Shown here piece by piece: positions 8,832-18,031 of a stretch of 64,000 bases of DNA. Below the pieces are notes generated by a model. That model worked only from the letters and a program-made list of their open reading frames with translations, had not been told where the DNA came from and did not search any database. Positions within the stretch are counted from its first letter, which is position 1; every line of letters begins with the position of its first letter. This DNA is from an uncultured Bacteroidota bacterium (GTDB lineage: Bacteria; Bacteroidota; Bacteroidia; Flavobacteriales; UBA7312): the NCBI GenBank assembly GCA_902580855.1, contig CACHMF010000001.1, forward strand, positions 6,319-70,318, read 5' to 3'. A program made the position numbers and the translations under genes.

Positions 8832-11800
8832 TTCTTTAAAGTTTTTTGTTTGTAAAAAGCTAATGATGCTGTTACAAACACAACAACAACGCTGTATGGT
8901 ATAAAATCAGGAATTGGCATAGGATCTCCTGCTGCGTATGAATGTAAACCTGACAAATAGAAATTAACTCCAAAATATGTCATAATTATAGAACTAAAGG
9001 CTACTAAAGAAGCTAGATTAAAAGTATACATACTTTTAAGTTTTGGAATGAATCTCATGTGTAATACAAAAATATAGACAAGCATACTTGCAAGAGCCCA
9101 AGTTTCTTTTGGATCCCAACCCCAATATCTACCCCAAGATTCATTAGCCCATACTCCTCCTAAAAAAGTACCTATAGACAACATAAATAAACCAACTGTA
9201 ATAGACATCTCATTAATGAAAGTAAGCTCTTTTAAAGTTGTATTTAAACGATTTTTATTTTTTTGACTCTGTAAAATCATAATTAATAAACTCAAAAAAC
9301 CAAGAAGTGCACCTAATGCTAAAAACCCATAAGAAGCGGTAATAATTGCTACATGAATTAAAAGCCAATAAGAATTTAGAACTGGAACAAGATTTGTTAT
9401 TTCTGGATCTAACCAATTAAGGGCAGCTACCATTAACAAAAGTGAGGAAACAACCGAGGTTGCTGCCATACTCATCTTGCTTTTTTTAGAGAAAATAAAT
9501 CCGGCTAGTACAGTTGCCCAAGCAATGTATATAACACTTTCGTAGGCATTACTCCATGGGGCATGTCCTGAAATAATCCACCTGCCTGCAAGTCCTAGGG
9601 TATGAGCTAAAAATCCAATAACAATCAACCAAAATAAAAGCTGAATAATTCTTTCCACCCATACTCTGTACTTAAAAACTTGTGCTATGAGAAAAAACAG
9701 CATGAACACACCTAATAAACCATACAAATAAGAAAGATGGTTAAATACTCTTGATTCATTATAAAACACTTCCATCTTCAATTTTCTAACTGATGGAAGT
9801 ACCTCTGCTCCATATTTTGCTTGATAATTTTTAATAGCAGTAAGTGTATTATTAGCAACCTCAAAATCATTGTCTTTTAAAGCTTGATAAACACTTTGAT
9901 AATAAATAGGTAAAATAGAATATACAAATAAGGAGTCATTTCCTGAAAAACCAATATTTTGTTGACTATCCGAGTACCAAGTATTGTTAGGGTCATAAGG
10001 CATAGGAAAAAAACGGAAAAAGGTGCCGTTATAAACCATATAACAAATATTTACTCGTTCATCAACAGCAATTACTTCTTTATCGTACTTACTACGCTCG
10101 GCAGGTTTTTTAGCATAAGCCTTGGCAACTTCTTCAGTTAGCACATATTTTGCTTCATTACTAAAAAAAGAAAGAAAGGAATTATATTTTTCCGTAAATC
10201 CTAATTGTTCTTTTAACCCATCATGATTTACTTTAATCATTGGGACAAGCTGCCATAAATATGGATTTTGCGCCATTCCCAAAAGCACTTGGTTTGGAGA
10301 CAAACCTTTTAATGAACTTTTTCGACTAACCTTTCTTAATACTTCTGAAGCTAATGTGTTGACTGGCTTCATCCGTCCTCCTTCATCTTGCATTACGAGC
10401 ATTCCAAAAGCATCCGCATGTTCTATAGGAATCGCTTGTGCTTGAATTAAAGAGTCGATCTTGCTATCCGCAAAAGCCATTGAAGAAATGAAAGAAAACA
10501 ATAATATTGTCACTACTCTTTTTTCTCTTAACAGCTTTAATTTTTGTTTTATTAGGGCAAAGCGAGTCTTTTTAGAAAACATATTTAAAATCATTCCTAA
10601 TGTCATAAAAAAATAACCAAGATAGCTAACCAACGTACCCCAGAAATCATGATTTACAGATAAAACTGTTCCGAGTTCATCTTTATCATAAGATGACTGA
10701 AAAAAACGAAAACCCTGATAATCTAAAACATTGTTCATATAGATACGGTGATCCTCTGTTAAAGGACCATCTAATAAAGTCACTTCACTCGCAAATGAAG
10801 AAGGACTATTTGAGCCTGGATATCTTTCTAATTGAAAATCATTTAATTGAATATAAAATGGTGTATTGTAATACTTTGAACCATACGCTAATGAGAAATT
10901 TAAACCCCCAAGTTCAAACTGATTTTTTACACTTACAAAGCCTTTGTCCCCAAATAATGCAAGTTCTTTTTCTTCACCGTTGCTTATCACTTTCAAAATC
11001 AAAACATCTTCCAGTTCTTGTCCTTCTGGATTTTCACCAGGCAAATAAGCTAATTTTGCTTTTTCATAAAATGCAGGAATAACTATATTTTGCCCCATTA
11101 TTTGGTATAGTGAACGTAACATAAGTGGCTGTAAGCTGTCTTTTTTAACCTCTCCTGTTAACTGATCAGCCATTCTCATGTAAGTCCCACTTGTAGGAGA
11201 CTGCATCATCAACTGTCTGCCCTGCATTGTAAAACATACATGTCCGGGAAGAATTTTACCAAAAGAGAAATCTATACCTAAAAAGCGTTGCGCACTACCT
11301 TCTCGCAAATAGAAATTTTGACGACCATTTGAACCAGCCATTACAATGTGTATAACCGGACTTCCTTCACCTACATGGATTGTATCTTTTGCATTAGGTA
11401 TATAATCAATAAAATCAAACTGAATTTCGTTATCTCTGAATTTTAAATCATGAGTAAATCGATTTGGTTTAAGAAATGAAAGTGGGCCATTGTAATTATG
11501 TAACAATAATGGTTTATCGTATACATACTGCAACTGCTTATCATGCACCTTAATTTGTAAGAATGTCTGATCTGAAACTATTTGATTGCTACGCTCTCCT
11601 TCTCGAATATGCATCATCCCCTCAAAAGAAATATAGCGTGTAATACCAGCACCTATAGCTATCATCACAAAAGCTAAATGAAACATTAGTACAGGCAATT
11701 TTTCCTTTTTCCATAATTGGTATCTATTAATATTTCCAATCATGTTAATGGTAAGTATAATAATTAAAATTTCAAACCAAGTAGCATTATAAACTAATGC

Positions 11801-11926
11801 TTTAGCAGTTTGAGTACCAAAATCATTTTCTATAAATGTTGCATATCCTATTGCTACAAAAAATAATAACACCAAAAAGGCCATAATGCGCATCGAAAAG
11901 AATGTGGAATAAAATTTTTGAAACAT
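8828..11926 (-). CDS. ccsBA: Fused system II cytochrome c biogenesis protein (ResB/CcsB + CcsA, CcsBA)
   Basis: 1032 aa. Multi-pass N-terminal ResB-like region and a C-terminal CcsA part with the WWD haem-handling motif WGRYWGWDPKETWAL. 4-nt overlap with the gpx start. Confidence 0.8.
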   Translation of the reverse strand: MFQKFYSTFFSMRIMAFLVLLFFVAIGYATFIENDFGTQTAKALVYNATWFEILIIILTINMIGNINRYQLWKKEKLPVLMFHLAFVMIAIGAGITRYISFEGMMHIREGERSNQIVSDQTFLQIKVHDKQLQYVYDKPLLLHNYNGPLSFLKPNRFTHDLKFRDNEIQFDFIDYIPNAKDTIHVGEGSPVIHIVMAGSNGRQNFYLREGSAQRFLGIDFSFGKILPGHVCFTMQGRQLMMQSPTSGTYMRMADQLTGEVKKDSLQPLMLRSLYQIMGQNIVIPAFYEKAKLAYLPGENPEGQELEDVLILKVISNGEEKELALFGDKGFVSVKNQFELGGLNFSLAYGSKYYNTPFYIQLNDFQLERYPGSNSPSSFASEVTLLDGPLTEDHRIYMNNVLDYQGFRFFQSSYDKDELGTVLSVNHDFWGTLVSYLGYFFMTLGMILNMFSKKTRFALIKQKLKLLREKRVVTILLFSFISSMAFADSKIDSLIQAQAIPIEHADAFGMLVMQDEGGRMKPVNTLASEVLRKVSRKSSLKGLSPNQVLLGMAQNPYLWQLVPMIKVNHDGLKEQLGFTEKYNSFLSFFSNEAKYVLTEEVAKAYAKKPAERSKYDKEVIAVDERVNICYMVYNGTFFRFFPMPYDPNNTWYSDSQQNIGFSGNDSLFVYSILPIYYQSVYQALKDNDFEVANNTLTAIKNYQAKYGAEVLPSVRKLKMEVFYNESRVFNHLSYLYGLLGVFMLFFLIAQVFKYRVWVERIIQLLFWLIVIGFLAHTLGLAGRWIISGHAPWSNAYESVIYIAWATVLAGFIFSKKSKMSMAATSVVSSLLLMVAALNWLDPEITNLVPVLNSYWLLIHVAIITASYGFLALGALLGFLSLLIMILQSQKNKNRLNTTLKELTFINEMSITVGLFMLSIGTFLGGVWANESWGRYWGWDPKETWALASMLVYIFVLHMRFIPKLKSMYTFNLASLVAFSSIIMTYFGVNFYLSGLHSYAAGDPMPIPDFIPYSVVVVFVTASLAFYKQKTLKK

Positions 11927-11955
11927 GATGTAAAATTTGGTTGTGCAAAATTACT

Positions 11956-11963
11956 TAATTTTG
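11956..11963 (+). promoter_or_regulatory. Possible -7 box (TAATTTTG)
   Basis: Exact TAnnTTTG 32 nt upstream of the ATG at 11996, in the divergent ccsBA/DUF2520 spacer. Confidence 0.3.
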
Positions 11964-11995
11964 CTCTGATTAAATCAGAAAAAAAAACAAATCGA

Positions 11996-12748
11996 ATGGC
12001 TCGAATTTTCATGATAGGCGCAGGAAATGTAGCGACTCACTTGAGCCAAGCTCTACAGAAAAATGGACACGAGATTACTCAAGTATATAGCAAAACTCAA
12101 AGTAATGCGATCTCATTATCAGAGAAACTTGGTTGTTCATATACTAATGAGCTACACAATATTGACCCTTGCGATATTGCCATCATTGCTGTAAAAGATG
12201 ATGTAATTAATGAGGTTGCCTCACTATTAAATTACCGGATTCCTATTGTACATACGTCAGGCACAAAAGATTTAGCTATTCTAGGAAAAGGTGTAATTGG
12301 CGTGTTTTACCCACTACAAACCTTTAGCAAGAATAAAATTGTTGATTTTCAAAATATACCAATATGTATTGAAGCAAATAACTCAAAATTTTTGCAATTT
12401 CTAAACAACCTAGCCAATAGCATAAGTAATAATGTACACCAACTTTCATCTGAGCAAAGAAGTTATTTGCACCTATCTGCCGTTATGGTAAATAACTTCA
12501 GTAATTTGATGTATCAAATGGCTACTGAAATCTGTGAGAAAAACAAAATCTCTTTTGATTTACTTAAGCCGCTTATTCAAGAAACCAGCAATAAAGTACA
12601 ACAGATGACTGCTATTGAAACACAAACTGGTCCTGCAAGAAGAAAAGATGTACAAACCATAGAAAGGCATTTAACATTATTAGATTCCGATAAAGAAAAA
12701 AGAAAAATATATGAAATACTGACTGAATCTATTTTAAATCGCTCATGA
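11996..12748 (+). CDS. Rossmann-like NAD(P)-binding protein with DUF2520-type C-terminus
   Basis: The ATG at 11996 gives MARIFMIGAGNVATHL (GxGxxA dinucleotide motif). The ORF-track start at 11918 would overlap the divergent ccsBA start and adds non-conserved sequence. Confidence 0.6.
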   Translation: MARIFMIGAGNVATHLSQALQKNGHEITQVYSKTQSNAISLSEKLGCSYTNELHNIDPCDIAIIAVKDDVINEVASLLNYRIPIVHTSGTKDLAILGKGVIGVFYPLQTFSKNKIVDFQNIPICIEANNSKFLQFLNNLANSISNNVHQLSSEQRSYLHLSAVMVNNFSNLMYQMATEICEKNKISFDLLKPLIQETSNKVQQMTAIETQTGPARRKDVQTIERHLTLLDSDKEKRKIYEILTESILNRS

Positions 12749-13263
12749 ATTATAAGATAAAACTCAACCATATCAACACTTTTATATTTGATGTTGATGG
12801 CGTTCTAACAGACGGAACAGTAACATTATTTGGTAATGGAGAACAAGTTCGAAAAATGTCAAGTCGAGATGGGTATGCTATGCAATACGCTCAAAAAAAA
12901 GGATATAAAATTGCCATTATTTCTGGAGGAAGTAGCAAAGGTGTTAAAGAGCGTTTTGACTACCTCGGAATCAACGATGTTTATCTTGCATGTAGCAACA
13001 AATTAAAAGCGTTTAATGATCTTGTTGAAAAATACGATCTAAATACTGAGCATATTCTCTATATGGGAGACGACCTACCGGATTGGGAAGTTATGAAGAA
13101 GGTTGGGTTGCCCACTTGTCCAAGAGATGCCGCTACTGAAATTAAAGAAATAGCAAAATATGTTTCTCCATTTATTGGTGGGGGTGGATGTGTAAGAGAT
13201 GTAATTGAACAAACACTTCGTGTACAGTGTAAATGGGCTGATAAAGATAGTCTAGGATGGTAA
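12745..13263 (+). CDS. kdsC: 3-deoxy-D-manno-octulosonate 8-phosphate phosphatase (HAD-IIIA, KdsC family)
   Basis: 172 aa. HAD motif I FIFDVDGVLTDG and motif GDDLPD. ATGA overlap with the upstream gene. Confidence 0.8.
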   Translation: MNYKIKLNHINTFIFDVDGVLTDGTVTLFGNGEQVRKMSSRDGYAMQYAQKKGYKIAIISGGSSKGVKERFDYLGINDVYLACSNKLKAFNDLVEKYDLNTEHILYMGDDLPDWEVMKKVGLPTCPRDAATEIKEIAKYVSPFIGGGGCVRDVIEQTLRVQCKWADKDSLGW

Positions 13264-14177
13264 AGTTATTAAATTTCTTCAAGTTAATAAGATGGAAAAA
13301 TTTAGTTATTGTTGCACTCACGCAATACTTGATAAGATACACTTTGCTTGTTCCATTTATCGAGTTTCTAAGCCTAAATGATATTCAATTTTTATTTCTG
13401 GTTATTTCTACAGTTTTAGTTGCTGCAGCTGGATATATCATTAATGATTATTTTGACATACAAGTAGACTATCTCAATCAAAGAAAAGTAATTGTCGGCA
13501 ACACCATAAAACGTAGAGAAGCCATGGCACTTCATTTTATTTTTAGTGGACTTGGCGTTGGAATAGGTTTTTACTTAGGATGGAGAGTCGGTATGTGGAA
13601 TCTAGGCTTCATCAATTTATTTTCAGCAAGTGCTTTATGGTTTTACTCTACACATTTTAAACGTAATTACCTCAGCGGTAATCTATTAATTTCACTATTA
13701 TCAGCATTAGTATTACTTGTTGTAGCACTTTATGATATATTACCTGCAAGCGAACAAAACGATATCAATGCTATTGTTGTCTTCAAAATAATTTGTATTT
13801 ATTCTGCTTTTGCCTTCATTACTACTTTTATAAGAGAGATTGTGAAAGACATAGAGGACTTAGAAGGAGATCATAAAATGGGGTACAAAACCTATGCAAT
13901 TGTAAGTGGAAAGAAAAAAGCTAAAAATATAGTACAAGCTTTAAGCCTGATAACCATTTTCGGAATTGCTTGGATATTGAATTCCCAATTTAAAGCTGAT
14001 ATTTACTCCTTTTTATATGTTTTATTTTTTGTAGAATTTCCTTTCTTATATTTTGTTTGGAAATTAAAAAAAGCTGAAAATTCAGCAGACTTTAATTCAC
14101 TAAGCGGTTGGATAAAAATCATAATGCTAACAGGAACTCTTTCCATGCTTGTGTTTTCATTATTGATGAATGTATGA
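13257..14177 (+). CDS. UbiA-superfamily prenyltransferase (digeranylgeranylglyceryl-phosphate-synthase-like)
   Basis: 306 aa, multi-pass membrane protein. Asp-rich motifs NDYFDIQVD and KDIEDLEGD. Overlaps the kdsC stop. Confidence 0.75.
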   Translation: MVKLLNFFKLIRWKNLVIVALTQYLIRYTLLVPFIEFLSLNDIQFLFLVISTVLVAAAGYIINDYFDIQVDYLNQRKVIVGNTIKRREAMALHFIFSGLGVGIGFYLGWRVGMWNLGFINLFSASALWFYSTHFKRNYLSGNLLISLLSALVLLVVALYDILPASEQNDINAIVVFKIICIYSAFAFITTFIREIVKDIEDLEGDHKMGYKTYAIVSGKKKAKNIVQALSLITIFGIAWILNSQFKADIYSFLYVLFFVEFPFLYFVWKLKKAENSADFNSLSGWIKIIMLTGTLSMLVFSLLMNV

Positions 14178-14749
14178 TGTTTAATAATCTAACAAATAAA
14201 AAAATTATTCTTGCTTCCAAATCTCCCCGAAGACAAGAATTATTAAAGGGACTGGGTCTCTCCTTTAAAATCAAAACAAAAGAGATTAACGAAGATTTCC
14301 CTAACTCAATAGATAATTCGGATGTGGCCGCTTTTTTAGCCAAAAAAAAAGCTGAATCTTTTGCCCTTTCAAATGATGAGATTATTATTACCTCTGACAC
14401 CACCGTTTTATTAACCAATCGTATTCTAAATAAACCACAAAATACTGAAGAGGCTCTTAGAATGCTACAGAGACTATCAGGAAAAACCCATGAGGTATGT
14501 ACAGGGGTTTGCATCAAGTCCATTGAAAAAGAAATTATTTTCTCTGAGTTCACCTCAGTTACCTTCAAACTACTTTCTTTGGATGAAATTGAATACTATA
14601 TCAAACACTTCCAGCCTTATGATAAAGCAGGTTCATATGGTATTCAAGAATGGATTGGATTTATCGGAGTTGAAAAAATTGAAGGGTGCTACTATAATGT
14701 GATGGGCTTACCAATTTCCAAGCTGTATCAAAAACTACTAGAATTCTAA
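14174..14749 (+). CDS. maf: Maf-family nucleoside triphosphate pyrophosphatase
   Basis: ATG at 14174/14177 gives MMFNNLTNKKIILASKSPRRQELL, and GSYGIQE is present near the C-terminus. The longer ORF-track start (14108) lies inside the UbiA gene. Confidence 0.85.
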   Translation: MMFNNLTNKKIILASKSPRRQELLKGLGLSFKIKTKEINEDFPNSIDNSDVAAFLAKKKAESFALSNDEIIITSDTTVLLTNRILNKPQNTEEALRMLQRLSGKTHEVCTGVCIKSIEKEIIFSEFTSVTFKLLSLDEIEYYIKHFQPYDKAGSYGIQEWIGFIGVEKIEGCYYNVMGLPISKLYQKLLEF

Positions 14750-14791
14750 CGAAATTATTTTAGTATTTTTGTTTTTAGAGAAAGAAGTACT

Positions 14792-15541
14792 ATGAAGAAA
14801 TTTTTAGTTTATTCTGTTGTTGCTGTCTTGCTTTTTGCATGTACACCTATGAATAAGGTAGTTTACCTTAATGAAGAAAGTGAAAACAATATTGAAGCGC
14901 CAGTTCCAGTAAAACATCTGCTGCAAATTGGAGATGTATTACATGTAAAGATTTTAGGTGTTCAGGAAGAGGCTTTCAATATATTTAATATTGAGAATAA
15001 CGCAAATAATGCGCAAACAACCTCTGCTAATCTTTATATGAATGGGTTTACAATTAATTCGAAAGGTTTTATTGAAGTACCTACAATTGGCAGTGTGAAA
15101 ATTGCTGGCTTATCTATTGAAGAAGCAAAAAACAAAATACAATCCAAAGCCGATGAGTTTTTGATTAATTCAACTGTAATTGTCAAACATATCAATTTTG
15201 AAATCACCATATTAGGAGAAGTAAACAAGCCTGGAACGTACACTATTTACAAAGATAACATGAGTATCTTTGAAGCTTTAGGTCTTGCAGGTGATATAAC
15301 TGATTTTGGAGACAGAACAACTATTAAAAGAGTAAGAGGTACAAAAATAGATATAATTAACATCACAAAACAAGGAGTTTTGGGATCTAGTGATTTTTAC
15401 TTGAAAGCAAATGATGTTGTATACGTAAAGCCCCTCAAGAGCGTAAGAATGAGAAATTCTAAAGCTCAAATTTATCTCTCAGGGATTTCAAGCATAGCAT
15501 TGATTGCTAACATTGTATTAAGAACAATGGGTTTTTACTAG
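14792..15541 (+). CDS. Polysaccharide export outer-membrane protein (Wza-like, Poly_export + SLBB)
   Basis: 249 aa. Lipoprotein-like signal (LLFACT), GDVLHVKI, and EVNKPGTY...SIFEALGLAGD typical of the family. Confidence 0.8.
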   Translation: MKKFLVYSVVAVLLFACTPMNKVVYLNEESENNIEAPVPVKHLLQIGDVLHVKILGVQEEAFNIFNIENNANNAQTTSANLYMNGFTINSKGFIEVPTIGSVKIAGLSIEEAKNKIQSKADEFLINSTVIVKHINFEITILGEVNKPGTYTIYKDNMSIFEALGLAGDITDFGDRTTIKRVRGTKIDIINITKQGVLGSSDFYLKANDVVYVKPLKSVRMRNSKAQIYLSGISSIALIANIVLRTMGFY

Positions 15542-15542
15542 T

Positions 15543-17951
15543 ATGGAGCAGATAAATCAATCCGAAGAAACAATTAATGTTAAGGAGATCATTTTCAAAT
15601 ACACTAAGTATTGGTATTATTTCTTTCTGAGCATTGTACTTTGCTTATTTGGAGCGTTTTTATTCAATCGTTATTCAACACCAATTTACAGTGGATCAAC
15701 CACTATTTTAATAAGAGATGATAGCAATGCGTCTTTAGGTGCTGAAAACTTGTTAGAAGGCTTAGAATTATTCAGTGGTAAAAAAAATCTGAAAAATGAA
15801 ATTGGCATCTTAGAGTCATATGATCTCATTGCAAAAACAATCAAAGATTTACAGTTTCAAACATCCTACTTTCATGTTGGAAAAATCAGGACAGCAGAGG
15901 TTTATAAAAATGTACCTTTTCAAGCTTTAGTAGACTCTAATTCTACACAAACTCTAGGGATTTTCTTTCATGTACATATACTAGAAAACAACTCTTTTGA
16001 ACTAAATTCTAAAGCACAAAATGTTAGACAGTATATACCTATTAAAAAATCATTTACTGAACAAACAAGAGTGAGTTTCAACTACTCGGGAAAGCATAGT
16101 TTTGGAGAAACAATAGAAACAGAATATTTTTCCTTCAAACTTCAAAAACAACCAATTTTTGATGAAAATTTTATAGGTAAAGAGTTTTTCTTTGTATTTC
16201 ATGACGTAGACAACTTGACAAAAAGGCGATTAAAAAACCTAACTATTGCGCCTATTAACAAAGAAGCATCAATTATAAAAATCAACAGTAAAGGAGAGGT
16301 TGCTAGAAAAGAATTAGACTTCCTTAATCGACTAGCAACCAATTATATACAGCTCGGATTGGATGAAAAAAATAAGATGGCAGCAAATACCATAACTTTT
16401 ATCAACCAACAGCTAAAGGAAATTTCTGATTCTTTACTTACGACAGAGAACAGGTTGGAAAAATTCAAAGAAAATAATCCTAAGTTAGAACTTTCATACA
16501 AAGACTATGGCACATTTTTTCAAATTGAACAATTAGAAAAAGAACAGTCTATACTAGAAGTTAATGATAAGTATTATAAGGCATTGCTCAATTATTTAAC
16601 TTCTAATGATGATATAGATAGAATAGTAGCTCCCTCTGCAATGGGAATTAACGACCCGCTTTTAAATAGCTTAATAAACGATTTATCTAGTCTTTATGCA
16701 GAAAAAAGCACACTCGCATTAAATACTACAGAACAGCACCCAGTTTTCCAATCTTTAATAAGTAAAATTGAAAGTACTAAAAAAAGCTTGATAGAAAATG
16801 TAAACAACATCATCCAAAGTTCAGATATTGCTATTCAAAATATTAATAACAGAATTTATCAAGAAGAAGAGTTGATTAGTAATTTACCTCAAAATGAAAG
16901 GGTACTAGTAAATATTCAGCGAAAATTCAATCTGAACGAGTCTATCTACACTTACCTTTTAGAAAAGAGAGCCGAAGCTGCTATCGCCCTAGCCGGAAAT
17001 GTTGCGGATCACAAAGTACTCGATATAGCAAGGCTAGAAAGTCGTTTTCCAATTAATCCAAAAAAGAACATTAACTATTTATTTGGTCTGATTCTTGGGT
17101 TTGTTATCCCTATAGTTTCGATTACAATTAGAGATTTTTTCAATGATAAAATCATCAGTAAAAGCGACATAGAAAAAATTTCTGCATATCCAATCATTGG
17201 AAACATTTTGCATAGCGAAAAAGGAAGCAATTTAGTTATGATTAACAGTCCAAAATCAGCAATTGCAGAAGCCTTTAGAGCTATCAGAACTAACATACAA
17301 TACCTAAACTCTGAAAAAGACAAGAAGATTATATGCATCACCTCATCTATTAGCGGAGAGGGGAAAACTTACTGCTCTATGAATTTAGCTTCGGTTTTTG
17401 CTTTATCAGGAAGTAAGACTCTATTAATAGGTGCTGACATGCGAAAGCCAAAAATCTTTACTGATTTTCAACTACCAAATAACAAAGGATTAAGTAATTA
17501 CCTAAGCAACCAAGCTAAAAAAGAAGATATTATTCAAAAGTCAGAGATTGAAAACCTAGATATTATCCTCTCGGGACCAACACCACCGAACCCTGCAGAA
17601 CTTTTGGACAAACAGTTGATGCAATCTTTTTTAGATGAATTGCAAAAAGAGTATAAATACATTGTAATTGACACCCCTCCAATAGGACTAGTTACAGACG
17701 GATTGATACTAATGAAATACACCAATGTTAACTTATATATGATTCGTCAAAACTACTCAACTAAAGGAATGCTTGAGTATGTAACAACACTTTTTGAGCA
17801 GAAAGAAATTAAAAACATAAATTTAGTGGTTAACGATATTGACGAAAATAGTATGCATTACGGATATGGATATGGATATGGATATGGCTACGGTTACTAT
17901 GATGAAGATACTGAAAAAGAAAAAAGTTTCTTCAAAAAAATATTCAGTTAA
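15543..17951 (+). CDS. Wzc/GumC-like polysaccharide co-polymerase with C-terminal BY-kinase domain
   Basis: 802 aa. Chain-length-determinant N-terminal region, coiled-coil middle, P-loop SSISGEGKT, IVIDTPP, and Tyr-rich tail HYGYGYGYGYGYGYYDED. Confidence 0.85.
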   Translation: MEQINQSEETINVKEIIFKYTKYWYYFFLSIVLCLFGAFLFNRYSTPIYSGSTTILIRDDSNASLGAENLLEGLELFSGKKNLKNEIGILESYDLIAKTIKDLQFQTSYFHVGKIRTAEVYKNVPFQALVDSNSTQTLGIFFHVHILENNSFELNSKAQNVRQYIPIKKSFTEQTRVSFNYSGKHSFGETIETEYFSFKLQKQPIFDENFIGKEFFFVFHDVDNLTKRRLKNLTIAPINKEASIIKINSKGEVARKELDFLNRLATNYIQLGLDEKNKMAANTITFINQQLKEISDSLLTTENRLEKFKENNPKLELSYKDYGTFFQIEQLEKEQSILEVNDKYYKALLNYLTSNDDIDRIVAPSAMGINDPLLNSLINDLSSLYAEKSTLALNTTEQHPVFQSLISKIESTKKSLIENVNNIIQSSDIAIQNINNRIYQEEELISNLPQNERVLVNIQRKFNLNESIYTYLLEKRAEAAIALAGNVADHKVLDIARLESRFPINPKKNINYLFGLILGFVIPIVSITIRDFFNDKIISKSDIEKISAYPIIGNILHSEKGSNLVMINSPKSAIAEAFRAIRTNIQYLNSEKDKKIICITSSISGEGKTYCSMNLASVFALSGSKTLLIGADMRKPKIFTDFQLPNNKGLSNYLSNQAKKEDIIQKSEIENLDIILSGPTPPNPAELLDKQLMQSFLDELQKEYKYIVIDTPPIGLVTDGLILMKYTNVNLYMIRQNYSTKGMLEYVTTLFEQKEIKNINLVVNDIDENSMHYGYGYGYGYGYGYYDEDTEKEKSFFKKIFS
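17862..17897 (+). repeat. In-frame hexanucleotide microsatellite (GGATAT x4 perfect, then GGCTAC GGTTAC) encoding (GY)n
   Basis: Read directly at 17862-17885 (perfect) and 17886-17897 (degenerate). Lies in the Wzc C-terminal tyrosine cluster. Confidence 0.9.
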
Positions 17952-17954
17952 TAA

Positions 17955-17981
17955 AAAGCCCGTCAAATTATCGGGCTTTTC
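17955..17981 (+). terminator. Rho-independent terminator after wzc
   Basis: AGCCCG (17957-17962) / 9-nt loop / CGGGCT (17972-17977) followed by TTTT. Confidence 0.65.
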
Positions 17982-18031
17982 TATTAATAACTCTTTAAAA
18001 AACGGATTTTTACAACTTAATAAATCACATT

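Noticed and set aside
11918-11995. N-terminally extended ORF-track starts suggesting large gene overlaps: 11918, 14108, 24943, 29579, 37883, 55114, 55085, 57769 and 5449.
   Set aside because: In each case an internal ATG gives the conserved family N-terminus. The extension would also run into a neighbouring gene, RNA or terminator. These are artefacts of taking the longest ORF with ATG/GTG/TTG starts.
17952-18031. Riboswitch or T-box leaders upstream of the Met gamma-lyase-family gene, thrS (43841-43996) and the P-type ATPase.
   Set aside because: The spacers are short (80-156 nt) and are occupied by a terminator and/or promoter box. I could not recognise SAM, T-box or metal-sensing riboswitch cores by eye. 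A covariance-model scan would be needed to exclude them formally.
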